Source: Nemertoderma westbladi (lineage: Eukaryota; Animalia; Xenacoelomorpha). From it: DNA of 64,000 nucleotides. The position numbers and the translations under genes are program-made. Shown piece after piece: positions 47,201 through 62,200 of this stretch. Positions within the stretch are counted from its first letter, which is position 1; the number at the start of each line of letters is the position of its first letter. The stretch covers positions 1 through 64,000 of the forward strand of contig JAUCBJ010005092.1 of NCBI GenBank assembly GCA_032718475.1, read 5' to 3'. The notes under the pieces were generated by a model. It was given only the letters and a program-made list of their open reading frames with translations, did not search any database and was not told the origin of the DNA.

Positions 47201-50200
47201 TCTTCTATATGAGCTGAGCAACCAGTGGCCATACACTAATGGTAGCAGAAGTCTTCTACATGAGCTGAGCAACCCGAGGCCATACACTAATGGTAGCAGA
47301 AGTCTTCTACATGAGCTGAGCAACCCGAGGCCATACACTAATGGTAGCAGAAGTCTTCTACATGAGCTGAGCAACCAGTGGCCATACACTAATGGTAGCA
47401 GAAGTCTTCTACATGAGCTGAGCAACCCGAGGCCATACACTAATGGTAACAGAAGTCTTCTACATGAGCTGAGCAACCAGAGGCCATACACTAATGGTAG
47501 CAGAAGTCTTCTACATGAGCTGAGCAACCCGAGGCCATACACTAATGGTAGCAGAAGTCTTCTACATGAGCTGAGCAACCAGAGGCCATACACTAATGGT
47601 AGCAGAAGTCTTCTACATGAGCTGAGCAACCAGAGGCCATACACTAATGGTAGCAGAAGTCTTCTACATGAGCTGAGCAACCCGAGGCCATACACTAATG
47701 GTAGCAGAAGTCTTCTACATGAGCTGAGCAACCAGTGGCCATACACTAATGGTAGCAGAAGTCTTCTACATGAGCTGAGCAACCCGAGGCCATACACTAA
47801 TGGTAGCAGAAGTCTTCTACATGAGCTGAGCAACCCGAGGCCATACACTAATGGTAGCAGAAGTCTTCTACATGAGCAGAGCAACCAGAGGCCATACACT
47901 AATGGTAGCAGAAGTCTTCTACATGAGCTGAGCAACCAGAGGCCATACACTAATGGTAGCAGAAGTCTTCTACATGAGCTGAGCAACCAGAGGCCATACA
48001 CTAATGGTAGCAGAAGTCTTCTACATGAGCTGAGCAACCCGAGGCCATACACTAATGGTAGCAGAAGTCTTCTACATGAGCTGAGCAACCAGAGGCCATA
48101 CACTAATGGTAGCAGAAGTCTTCTACATGAGCTATGCAACCAGAGGCCATACACTAATGGTAACAGAAGTCTTCTATATGAGCTGAGCAACCAGTGGCCA
48201 TACACTAATGGTAGCAGAAGTCTTCTACATGAGCTGAGCAACCAGTGGCCATACACTAATGGTAGCAGAAGTCTTCTACATGAGCTGAGCAACCAGAGGC
48301 CATACACTAATGGTAGCAGAAGTCTTCTACATGAGCTGAGCAACCAGAGGCCATACACTAATGGTAGCAGAAGTCTTCTACATGAGCTATGCAACCAGAG
48401 GCCATACACTAATGGTAGCAGAAGTCTTCTATATGAGCTGAGCAACCAGAGGCCATACACTAATGGTAGCAGAAGTCTTCTACATGAGCTATGCAACCAG
48501 AGGCCATACACTAATGGTAGCAGAAGTCTTCTACATGAGCTGAGCAACCAGTGGCCATACACTAATGGTAGCAGAAGTCTTCTACATGAGCTGAGCAACC
48601 AGAGGCCATACACTAATGGTAGCAGAAGTCTTCTACATGAGCTGAGCAACCAGAGGCCATACACTAATGGTAGCAGAAGTCTTCTACATGAGCTATGCAA
48701 CCAGAGGCCATACACTAATGGTAGCAGAAGTCTTCTACATGAGCTGAGCAACCAGAGGCCATACACTAATGGTAACAGAAGTCTTCTATATGAGCTGAGC
48801 AACCAGAGGCCATACACTAATGGTAACAGAAGTCTTCTACATGAGCTGAGCAACCCGAGGCCATACACTAATGGTAGCAGAAGTCTTCTACATGAGCTGA
48901 GCAACCAGAGGCCATACACTAATGGTAACAGAAGTCTTCTATATGAGCTGAGCAACCCGAGGCCATACACTAATGGTAGCAGAAGTCTTCTACATGAGCT
49001 GAGCAACCAGAGGCCATACACTAATGGTAACAGAAGTCTTCTATATGAGCTGAGCAACCCGAGGCCATACACTAATGGTAACAGAAGTCTTCTACTTAAG
49101 CTGAGCAACCCGAGGCCATACACTAATGGTAACAGAAGTCTTCTACATAAGCTGAGCAACCAGAGGCCATACACTAATGGTAACAGAAGTCTTCTACATG
49201 AGCTGAGTAACCAGAGGCCATACACTAATGGTAGCAGAAGTCTTCTACATGAGCTGAGCAACCAGAGGCCATACACTAATGGTAGCAGAAGTCTTCTACA
49301 TGAGCTGAGCAACCAGTGGCCATACACTAATGGTAGCAGAAGTCTTCTACATGAGCTATGCAACCAGAGGCCATACACTAATGGTAGCAGAAGTCTTCTA
49401 CATGAGCTGAGCAACCAGAGGCCATACACTAATGGTAGCAGAAGTCTTCTACATGAGCTGAGCAACCAGTGGCCATACACTAATGGTAACAGAAGTCTTC
49501 TACATGAGCTGAGCAACCAGAGGCCATACACTAATGGTAGCAGAAGTCTTCTACATGAGCTGAGCAACCCGAGGCCATACACTAATGGTAGCAGAAGTCT
49601 TCTACATGAGCTGAGCAACCAGTGGCCATACACTAATGGTAGCAGAAGTCTTCTACATGAGCTATGCAACCAGAGGCCATACACTAATGGTAACAGAAGT
49701 CTTCTATATGAGCTGAGCAACCCGAGGCCATACACTAATGGTAGCAGAAGTCTTCTACATGAGCTGAGCAACCAGTGGCCATACACTAATGGTAACAGAA
49801 GTCTTCTATATGAGCTGAGCAACCCGAGGCCATACACTAATGGTAGCAGAAGTCTTCTACATGAGCTGAGCAACCAGAGGCCATACACTAATGGTAGCAG
49901 AAGTCTTCTACATGAGCTATGCAACCAGAGGCCATACACTAATGGTAACAGAAGTCTTCTATATGAGCTGAGCAACCAGTGGCCATACACTAATGGTAGC
50001 AGAAGTCTTCTACATGAGCTGAGCAACCAGTGGCCATACACTAATGGTAGCAGAAGTCTTCTACATGAGCTGAGCAACCAGAGGCCATACACTAATGGTA
50101 GCAGAAGTCTTCTACATGAGCTGAGCAACCAGAGGCCATACACTAATGGTAGCAGAAGTCTTCTACATGAGCTATGCAACCAGAGGCCATACACTAATGG

Positions 50201-53200
50201 TAACAGAAGTCTTCTATATGAGCTGAGCAACCAGAGGCCATACACTAATGGTAACAGAAGTCTTCTACATGAGCTGAGCAACCCGAGGCCATACACTAAT
50301 GGTAACAGAAGTCTTCTATATGAGCTGAGCAACCCGAGGCCATACACTAATGGTAACAGAAGTCTTCTATATGAGCTGAGCAACCCGAGGCCATACACTA
50401 ATGGTAGCAGAAGTCTTCTACATGAGCTGAGCAACCAGAGGCCATACACTAATGGTAGCAGAAGTCTTCTACATGAGCTGAGCAACCAGAGGCCATACAC
50501 TAATGGTAGCAGAAGTCTTCTACATAAGCTGAGCAACCCGAGGCCATACACTAATGGTAACAGAAGTCTTCTACATGAGCTGAGCAACCCGAGGCCATAC
50601 ACTAATGGTAACAGAAGTCTTCTACATGAGCTGAGCAACCCGAGGCCATACACTAATGGTAGCAGAAGTCTTCTACATGAGCTGAGCAACCAGAGGCCAT
50701 ACACTAATGGTAGCAGAAGTCTTCTACATGAGCTGAGCAACCAGAGGCCATACACTAATGGTAGCAGAAGTCTTCTACATGAGCTGAGCAACCCGAGGCC
50801 ATACACTAATGGTAGCAGAAGTCTTCTACATGAGCTGAGCAACCCGAGGCCATACACTAATGGTAACAGAAGTCTTCTACATGAGCTGAGCAACCCGAGG
50901 CCATACACTAATGGTAGCAGAAGTCTTCTATATGAGCTGAGCAACCAGTGGCCATATACTAATGGTAGCAGAAGTCTTCTATATGAGCTGAGCAACCAGT
51001 GGCCATACACTAATGGTAGCAGAAGTCTTCTACATGAGCTGAGCAACCCGAGGCCATACACTAATGGTAGCAGAAGTTTTCTACATAAGCTGAGCAACCC
51101 GAGGCCATACACTAATGGTAACAGAAGTCTTCTACATAAGCTGAGCAACCCGAGGCCATACACTAATGGTAACAGAAGTCTTCTACATGAGCTGAGCAAC
51201 CCGAGGCCATACACTAATGGTAGCAGAAGTCTTCTATATGAGCTGAGCAACCAGAGGCCATACACTAATGGTAGCAGAAGTTTTCTACATAAGCTGAGCA
51301 ACCCGAGGCCATACACTAATGGTAGCAGAAGTCTTCTACATGAGCTGAGCAACCCGAGGCCATACACTAATGGTAACAGAAGTCTTCTACATAAGCTGAG
51401 CAACCCGAGGCCATACACTAATGGTAACAGAAGTCTTCTACATGAGCTGAGCAACCCGAGGCCATACACTAATGGTAGCAGAAGTCTTCTACATGAGCTG
51501 AGCAACCCGAGGCCATACACTAATGGTAGCAGAAGTTTTCTACATAAGCTGAGCAACCCGAGGCCATACACTAATGGTAACAGAAGTCTTCTACATGAGC
51601 TGAGCAACCCGAGGCCATACACTAATGGTAGCAGAAGTCTTCTACATGAGCTGAGCAACCCGAGGCCATACACTAATGGTAGCAGAAGTCTTCTACATGA
51701 GCTGAGCAACCAGAGGCCATACACTAATGGTAGCAGAAGTCTTCTACATAAGCTGAGCAACCAGAGGCCATACACTAATGGTATCAGAAGTCTTCTACAT
51801 GAGCTGAGCAACCAGAGGCCATACACTAATGGTAGCAGAAGTCTTCTACATGAGCTGAGCAACCCGAGGCCATACACTAATGGTAGCAGAAGTCTTCTAC
51901 ATAAGCTGAGCAACCCGAGGCCATACACTAATGGTAACAGAAGTCTTCTACATAAGCTGAGCAACCCGAGGCCATACACTAATGGTAACAGAAGTCTTCT
52001 ACATCAGCTGAGCAACCCGAGGCCATACACTAATGGTAACAGAAGTCTTCTACATGAGCTGTGCAACCCGAGGCCATACACTAATGGTAACAGAAGTCTT
52101 CTATATGAGCTGAGCAACCCGAGGCCATACACTAATGGTAGCAGAAGTCTTCTACATGAGCTGAGCAACCCGAGGCCATACACTAATGGTAACAGAAGTC
52201 TTCTACATGAGCTGAGCAACCAGTGGCCATATACTAATGGTAGCAGAAGTCTTCTACATGAGCTGAGCAACCAGAGGCCATACACTAATGGTAGCAGAAG
52301 TCTTCTACATGAGCTGAGTAACCAGAGGCCATACACTAATGGTAGCAGAAGTCTTCTACATGAGCTGAGCAACCAGAGGCCATACACTAATGGTAGCAGA
52401 AGTCTTCTACATGAGCTGAGCAACCAGAGGCCATACACTAATGGTAGCAGAAGTCTTCTACATGAGCTGAGCAACCAGAGGCCATACACTAATGGTAACA
52501 GAAGTCTTCTACATAAGCTGAGCAACCCGAGGCCATACACTAATGGTAACAGAAGTCTTCTACATCAGCTGAGCAACCCGAGGCCATACACTAATGGTAA
52601 CAGAAGTCTTCTACATGAGCTGTGCAACCCGAGGCCATACACTAATGGTAACAGAAGTCTTCTATATGAGCTGAGCAACCCGAGGCCATACACTAATGGT
52701 AGCAGAAGTCTTCTACATGAGCTGAGCAACCCGAGGCCATACACTAATGGTAGCAGAAGTCTTCTACATGAGCTGAGCAACCAGAGGCCATACACTAATG
52801 GTAGCAGAAGTCTTCTACATGAGCTGAGCAACCAGAGGCCATACACTAATGGTAGCAGAAGTCTTCTACATGAGCTGAGCAACCAGAGGCCATACACTAA
52901 TGGTAGCAGAAGTCTTCTACATGAGCAGAGCAACCAGAGGCCATACACTAATGGTAACAGAAGTCTTCTATATGAGCAGAGCAACCAGAGGCCATACACT
53001 AATGGTAACAGAAGTCTTCTATATGAGCTGAGCAACCAGAGGCCATACACTAATGGTAGCAGAAGTCTTCTACATGAGCTGAGCAACCAGAGGCCATACA
53101 CTAATGGTAGCAGAAGTCTTCTACATGAGCTGAGCAACCCGAGGCCATACACTAATGGTAACAGAAGTCTTCTACATGAGCTGAGCAACCAGAGACCATA

Positions 53201-56200
53201 CACTAATGGTAGCAGAAGTCTTCTACATGAGCTGAGCAACCAGAGGCCATACACTAATGGTAGCAGAAGTCTTCTATATGAGCTGAGCAACCAGAGGCCA
53301 TACACTAATGGTAGCAGAAGTCCTCTACATGAGCTGAGCAACCAGAGGCCATACACTAATGGTAGCAGAAGTCTTCTACATGAGCTGTGCAACCCGAGGC
53401 CATACACTAATGGTAGCAGAAGTCTTCTACATGAGCTGAGCAACCCGAGGCCATACACTAATGGTAACAGAAGTCTTCTACATGAGCTGAGCAACCAGAG
53501 ACCATACACTAATGGTAGCAGAAGTCTTCTACATGAGCTGAGCAACCAGAGGCCATACACTAATGGTAGCAGAAGTCTTCTATATGAGCTGAGCAACCAG
53601 AGGCCATACACTAATGGTAGCAGAAGTCCTCTACATGAGCTGAGCAACCAGAGGCCATACACTAATGGTAGCAGAAGTCTTCTACATGAGCTGAGCAACC
53701 AGAGGCCATACACTAATGGTAGCAGAAGTCTTCTATATGAGCTGAGCAACCAGAGGCCATACACTAATGGTAGCAGAAGTCCTCTACATGAGCTGAGCAA
53801 CCAGAGGCCATACACTAATGGTAGCAGAAGTCTTCTACATGAGCTGAGCAACCAGAGGCCATACACTAATGGTATCAGAAGTCTTCTATATGAGCTGAGC
53901 AACCAGAGGCCATACACTAATGGTAGCAGAAGTCTTCTACATGAGCTGAGCAACCAGAGGCCATACACTAATGGTAACAGAAGTCTTCTATATGAGCTGA
54001 GCAACCAGAGGCCATACACTAATGGTAGCAGAAGTCTTCTACATGAGCTGAGCAACCAGAGGCCATACACTAATGGTAGCAGAAGTCTTCTACATGAGCT
54101 GAGCAACCCGAGGCCATACACTAATGGTAGCAGTAGTCTTCTACATGAGCTGAGCAACCAGAGGCCATACACTAATGGTAGCAGTAGTCTTCTACATGAG
54201 TTGAGCAACCAGAGGCCATACACTAATGGTAGCAGTAGTCTTCTACATGAGCTGAGCAACCCGAGGCCATACACTAATGGTAGCAGAAGTCCTCTACATG
54301 AGCTGAGCAACCAGAGGCCATACACTAATGGTAGCAGAAGTCTTCTACATGAGCTGAGCAACCCGAGGCCATACACTAATGGTAGCAGTAGTCTTCTACA
54401 TGAGCTGAGCAACCAGAGGCCATACACTAATGGTAGCAGTAGTCTTCTACATGAGTTGAGCAACCAGAGGCCATACACTAATGGTAGCAGTAGTCTTCTA
54501 CATGAGCTGAGCAACCCGAGGCCATACACTAATGGTAGCAGAAGTCCTCTACATGAGCTGAGCAACCAGAGGCCATACACTAATGGTAGCAGAAGTCTTA
54601 TACATGAGCTGAGCAACCAGAGGCCATACACTAATGGTAGCAGAAGTCTTCTACATGAGCTGAGCAACCAGAGGCCATACACTAATGGTAACAGAAGTCT
54701 TCTATATGAGCTGAGCAACCCGAGGCCATACACTAATGGTAGCAGAAGTCTTCTACATGAGCTGAGCAACCAGAGGCCATACTCTAATGGTAGCAGAAGT
54801 CTTCTACATGAGCTGAGCAACCCGAGGCCATACACTAATGGTAACAGAAGTCTTCTATATGAGCTGAGCAACCAGAGGCCATACACTAATGGTAGCAGAA
54901 GTCCTCTACATGAGCTGAGCAACCAGAGGCCATACACTAATGGTAGCAGAAGTCTTCTACATAAGCTGAGCAACCAGAGGCCATACTCTAATGGTATCAG
55001 AAGTCTTCTACATGAGCTGAGCAACCAGAGGCCATACACTAATGGTAGCAGAAGTCTTCTACATGAGCTGAGAAACCCGAGGCCATACACTAATGGTAAC
55101 AGAAGTCTTCTACATGAGCTGAGCAACCAGTGGCCATACACTAATGGTAGCAGAAGTCTTCTACATGAGCTGAGCAACCCGAGGCCATACTCTAATGGTA
55201 ACAGAAGTCTTCTATATGAGCTGAGCAACCCGAGGACATACACTAATGGTAGCAGAAGTCTTCTACATGAGCTGAGCAACCCGAGGCCATACACTAATGG
55301 TAGCAGAAGTCTTCTATATGAGCTGAGCAACCCGAGGCCATACACTAATGGTAGCAGAAGTCTTCTATATGAGCTGAGCAACCCGAGGCCATACACTAAT
55401 GGTAGCAGAAGTCTTCTATATGAGCTGAGCAACCCGAGGCCATACACTAATGGTAGCAGAAGTCTTCTATATGAGCTGAGCAACCCGAGGCCATACACTA
55501 ATGGTAGCAGAAGTCTTCTACATGAGCTGAGCAACCCGAGGCCATACACTAATGGTAGCAGAAGTCTTCTACATGAGCTGAGCAACCCGAGGCCATACAC
55601 TAATGGTAGCAGAAGTCTTCTATATGAGCTGAGCAACCCGAGGCCATACACTAATGGTAGCAGAAGTCTTCTATATGAGCTGAGCAACCCGAGGCCATAC
55701 ACTAATGGTAGCAGAAGTCTTCTACATGAGCTGTGCAACCCGAGGCCATACACTAATGGTAGCAGAAGTCTTCTACATGAGCTGAGCAACCCGAGGCCAT
55801 ACACTAATGGTAGCAGAAGTCTTCTACATGAGCTGAGCAACCCGAGGCCATACACTAATGGTAGCAGAAGTCTTCTACATGAGCTGAGCAACCCGAGGCC
55901 ATACACTAATGGTAGCAGAAGTCTTCTACATGAGCTGAGCAACCCGAGGCCATACACTAATGGTAGCAGAAGTCTTCTACATGAGCTGAGCAACCCGAGG
56001 CCATACACTAATGGTAGCAGAAGTCTTCTACATGAGCTGAGCAACCCGAGGCCATACACTAATGGTAGCAGAAGTCTTCTATATGAGCTGAGCAACCCGA
56101 GGCCATACACTAATGGTAGCAGAAGTCTTCTACATGAGCTGTGCAACCCGAGGCCATACACTAATGGTAGCAGAAGTCTTCTACATGAGCTGAGCAACCA

Positions 56201-59200
56201 GAGGCCATACACTAATGGTAGCAGAAGTCTTCTACATGAGCTGAGCAACCAGAGGCCATACACTAATGGTAGCAGAAGTCTTCTACATGAGCTGAGCAAC
56301 CAGAGGCCATACACTAATGGTAGCAGAAGTCTTCTACATGAGCTGAGCAACCAGAGGCCATACACTAATGGTAGCAGAAGTCTTCTACATGAGCTGAGCA
56401 ACCCGAGGCCATACACTAATGGTAACAGAAGTCTTCTATATGAGCTGAGCAACCCGAGGCCATACACTAATGGTAGCAGAAGTCTTCTACATGAGCTGAG
56501 CAACCAGAGACCATACACTAATGGTAACAGAAGTCTTCTACATGAGCTGAGCAACCAGAGGCCATACACTAATGGTAGCAGAAGTCTTCTACATGAGCTG
56601 AGCAACCCGAGGCCATACACTAATGGTAGCAGAAGTCTTCTATATGAGCTGAGCAACCCGAGGCCATACACTAATGGTAGCAGAAGTCTTCTACATGAGC
56701 TGAGCAACCAGAGACCATACACTAATGGTAACAGAAGTCTTCTACATGAGCTGAGCAACCAGAGGCCATACACTAATGGTAGCAGAAGTCTTCTACATGA
56801 GCTGAGCAACCAGAGACCATACACTAATGGTAGCAGAAGTCTTCTACATGAGCTGAGCAACCAGAGGCCATACACTAATGGTAGCAGAAGTCTTCTATAT
56901 GAGCTGAGCAACCCGAGGCCATACACTAATGGTAGCAGAAGTCTTCTATATGAGCTGAGCAACCCGAGGCCATACACTAATGGTAGCAGAAGTCTTCTAT
57001 ATGAGCTGAGCAACCCGAGGCCATACACTAATGGTAGCAGAAGTCTTCTACATGAGCTGTGCAACCCGAGGCCATACACTAATGGTAGCAGAAGTCTTCT
57101 ACATGAGCTGAGCAACCAGAGGCCATACACTAATGGTAGCAGAAGTCTTCTACATGAGCTGAGCAACCAGTGGCCATACACTAATGGTAGCAGAAGTCTT
57201 CTACATGAGCTGAGCAACCCGAGGCCATACACTAATGGTAACAGAAGTCTTCTACATGAGCTGAGCAACCCGAGGCCATACACTAATGGTATCAGAAGTC
57301 TTCTACATTAGCTGAGCAACCCGAGGCCATACACTAATGGTAGCAGAAGTCTTCTACATGAGCTGAGCAACCCGAGGCCATACACTAATGGTATCAGAAG
57401 TCTTCTACATTAGCTGAGCAACCCGAGGCCATACACTAATGGTAGCAGAAGTCTTCTACATGAGCTGAGCAACCCGAGGCCATACACTAATGGTATCAGA
57501 AGTCTTCTACATTAGCTGAGCAACCCGAGGCCATACACTAATGGTAGCAGAAGTCTTCTACATGAGCTGAGCAACCAGAGGCCATACACTAATGGTAACA
57601 GAAGTCTTCTACATGAGCTGAGCAACCAGTGGCCATACACTAATGGTAGCAGAAGTCTTCTACATGAGCTGAGCAACCAGTGGCCATACACTAATGGTAG
57701 CAGAAGTCTTCTACATGAGCTGAGCAACCCGAGGCCATACACTAATGGTATCAGAAGTCTTCTACATTAGCTGAGCAACCCGAGGCCATACACTAATGGT
57801 AGCAGAAGTCTTCTACATGAGCTGAGCAACCAGAGGCCATACACTAATGGTAACAGAAGTCTTCTACATGAGCTGAGCAACCAGTGGCCATACACTAATG
57901 GTAGCAGAAGTCTTCTACATGAGCTGAGCAACCAGTGGCCATACACTAATGGTAGCAGAAGTCTTCTACATGAGCTGAGCAACCCGAGGCCATACACTAA
58001 TGGTAACAGAAGTCTTCTACATGAGCTGAGCAACCAGTGGCCATACACTAATGGTAGCAGAAGTCTTCTACATGAGCTGAGCAACCAGTGGCCATACACT
58101 AATGGTATCAGAAGTCTTCTACATGAGCTGAGCAACCAGAGGCCATACACTAATGGTAGCAGAAGTCTTCTATATGAGCTGAGCAACCCGAGGCCATACA
58201 CTAATGGTAACAGAAGTCTTCTACATGAGCTGAGCAACCCGAGGCCATACACTAATGGTAACAGAAGTCTTCTACATGAGCTGAGCAACCCGAGGCCATA
58301 CACTAATGGTAACAGAAGTCTTCTACATGAGCTGAGCAACCAGTGGCCATACACTAATGGTAGCAGAAGTCTTCTACATGAGCTGAGCAACCAGTGGCCA
58401 TACACTAATGGTATCAGAAGTCTTCTACATGAGCTGAGCAACCAGAGGCCATACTCTAATGGTAGCAGAAGTCTTCTACATGAGCTGAGCAACCCGAGGC
58501 CATACACTAATGGTAGCAGAAGTCTTCTATATGAGCTGAGCAACCCGAGGCCATACACTAATGGTAGCAGAAGTCTTCTACATGAGCTGTGCAACCCGAG
58601 GCCATACACTAATGGTAGCAGAAGTCTTCTACATGAGCTGAGCAACCAGAGGCCATACACTAATGGTAACAGAAGTCTTCTATATGAGCTGAGCAACCAG
58701 AGGCCATACACTAATGGTAGCAGAAGTCTTCTACATGAGCTGAGCAACCCGAGGCCATACACTAATGGTAGCAGAAGTCTTCTACATGAGCTGAGCAACC
58801 AGAGGCCATACACTAATGGTAACAGAAGTCTTCTACATGAGCTGAGCAACCAGTGGCCATACACTAATGGTAGCAGAAGTCTTCTACATGAGCTGAGCAA
58901 CCAGTGGCCATACACTAATGGTAGCAGAAGTCTTCTACATGAGCTGAGCAACCCGAGGCCATACACTAATGGTAGCAGAAGTCTTCTACATGAGCTGAGC
59001 AACCCGAGGCCATACACTAATGGTAACAGAAGTCTTCTACATGAGCTGAGCAACCAGAGGTCATACACTAATGGTAGCAGAAGTCTTCTACATGAGCTGA
59101 GCAACCAGAGGCCATACACTAATGGTAGCAGAAGTCTTCTACATGAGCTGAGCAACCCGAGGCCATACACTAATGGTAACAGAAGTCTTCTACATGAGCT

Positions 59201-62200
59201 GAGCAACCCGAGGCCATACACTAATGGTAACAGAAGTCTTCTACATGAGCTGAGCAACCAGAGGTCATACACTAATGGTAGCAGAAGTCTTCTACATGAG
59301 CTGAGCAACCCGAGGCCATACACTAATGGTAACAGAAGTCTTCTACATGAGCTGAGCAACCAGAGGTCATACACTAATGGTAGCAGAAGTCTTCTACATG
59401 AGCTGAGCAACCCGAGGCCATACACTAATGGTAACAGAAGTCTTCTACATGAGCTGAGCAACCAGTGGCCATACACTAATGGTAGCAGAAGTCTTCTACA
59501 TGAGCTGAGCAACCAGTGGCCATACACTAATGGTATCAGAAGTCTTCTACATGAGCTGAGCAACCAGAGGCCATACACTAATGGTAGCAGAAGTCTTCTA
59601 TATGAGCTGAGCAACCCGAGGCCATACACTAATGGTAACAGAAGTCTTCTACATGAGCTGAGCAACCCGAGGCCATACACTAATGGTAACAGAAGTCTTC
59701 TACATGAGCTGAGCAACCCGAGGCCATACACTAATGGTAACAGAAGTCTTCTACATGAGCTGAGCAACCAGTGGCCATACACTAATGGTAGCAGAAGTCT
59801 TCTACATGAGCTGAGCAACCAGTGGCCATACACTAATGGTATCAGAAGTCTTCTACATGAGCTGAGCAACCAGAGGCCATACTCTAATGGTAGCAGAAGT
59901 CTTCTACATGAGCTGAGCAACCCGAGGCCATACACTAATGGTAGCAGAAGTCTTCTATATGAGCTGAGCAACCCGAGGCCATACACTAATGGTAGCAGAA
60001 GTCTTCTACATGAGCTGTGCAACCCGAGGCCATACACTAATGGTAGCAGAAGTCTTCTACATGAGCTGAGCAACCAGAGGCCATACACTAATGGTAACAG
60101 AAGTCTTCTATATGAGCTGAGCAACCAGAGGCCATACACTAATGGTAGCAGAAGTCTTCTACATGAGCTGAGCAACCCGAGGCCATACACTAATGGTAGC
60201 AGAAGTCTTCTACATGAGCTGAGCAACCCGAGGCCATACACTAATGGTAGCAGAAGTCTTCTACATGAGCTGAGCAACCAGAGGCCATACACTAATGGTA
60301 GCAGAAGTCTTCTACATGAGCTGAGCAACCAGAGGACATACACTAATGGTAGCAGAAGTCTTCTACATGAGCTGAGCAACCAGAGGCCATACACTAATGG
60401 TAACAGAAGTCTTCTATATGAGCTGAGCAACCAGAGGCCATACACTAATGGTAGCAGAAGTCTTCTACATGAGCTGAGCAACCCGAGGCCATACACTAAT
60501 GGTAGCAGAAGTCTTCTACATGAGCTGAGCAACCAGAGGCCATACACTAATGGTAGCAGAAGTCTTCTACATGAGCTGAGCAACCAGAGGACATACACTA
60601 ATGGTAGCAGAAGTCTTCTACATGAGCTGAGCAACCAGAGGCCATACACTAATGGTAGCAGAAGTCTTCTACATTAGCTGAGCAACCAGAGGCCATACAC
60701 TAATGGTAGCAGAAGTCTTCTACATGAGCTGAGCAACCCGAGGCCATACACTAATGGTAGCAGAAGTCTTCTATATGAGCTGAGCAACCAGAAGCCATAC
60801 ACTAATGGTAGCAGAAGTCTTCTACATGAGCTGAGCAACCCGAGGCCATACACTAATGGTAACAGAAGTCTTCTATATGAGCTGAGCAACCAGAGGCCAT
60901 ACACTAATGGTAGCAGAAGTCTTCTATATGAGCTGAGCAACCAGAGGCCATACACTAATGGTAGCAGAAGTCTTCTACATGAGCTGAGCAACCAGAAGCC
61001 ATACACTAATGGTAACAGAAGTCTTCTATATGAGCTGAGCAACCAGAGGCCATACACTAATGGTAGCAGAAGTCTTCTACATGAGCTGAGCCACCCGATG
61101 CCATACACTAATGGTAGCAGAAGTCTTCTACATGAGCTGAGCAACCCGAGGCCATACACTAATGGTAGCAGAAGTCTTCTACATGAGCTGAGTAACCAGA
61201 GGCCATACACTAATGGTAGCAGAAGTCTTCTACATGAGCTGAGCAACCAGAGGACATACACTAATGGTAGCAGAAGTCTTCTATATGAGCTGAGCAACCC
61301 GAGGCCATACACTAATGGTAGCAGAAGTCTTCTACATGAGCTGAGCAACCAGAGGCCATACACTAATGGTAGCAGAAGTCTTCTACATGAGCTGAGCAAC
61401 CCGAGGCCATACACTAATGGTAGCAGAAGTCTTCTACATGAGCTGAGCAACCAGAGGCCATACACTAATGGTAGCAGAAGTCTTCTACATGAGCTGAGCA
61501 ACCCGAGGCCATACACTAATGGTAGCAGAAGTCTTCTACATGAGCTGAGCAACCCGAGGCCATACACTAATGGTAGCAGAAGTCTTCTACATGAGCTGTG
61601 CAACCCGAGGCCATACACTAATGGTAGCAGAAGTCTTCTACATGAGCTGAGCAACCAGAGGCCATACACTAATGGTAGCAGAAGTCTTCTACATGAGCTG
61701 AGCAACCCGAGGCCATACACTAATGGTAGCAGAAGTCTTCTACATGAGCTGAGCAACCCGAGGCCATACACTAATGGTAGCAGAAGTCTTCTACATGAGC
61801 TGAGCAACCCGAGGCCATACACTAATGGTAGCAGAAGTCTTCTACATGAGCTGAGCAACCCGAGGCCATACACTAATGGTAGCAGAAGTCTTCTACATGA
61901 GCTGAGCAACCAGAGGCCATACACTAATGGTAGCAGAAGTCTTCTACATGAGCTGAGCAACCAGAGGCCATACACTAATGGTAGCAGAAGTCCTCTACAT
62001 GAGCTGAGCAACCAGAGGCCATACACTAATGGTAGCAGAAGTCTTATACATGAGCTGAGCAACCAGAGGCCATACACTAATGGTAACAGAAGTCTTCTAC
62101 ATCAGCTGAGCAACCCGAGGCCATACACTAATGGTAACAGAAGTCTTCTACATCAGCTGAGCAACCCGAGGCCATACACTAATGGTAACAGAAGTCTTCT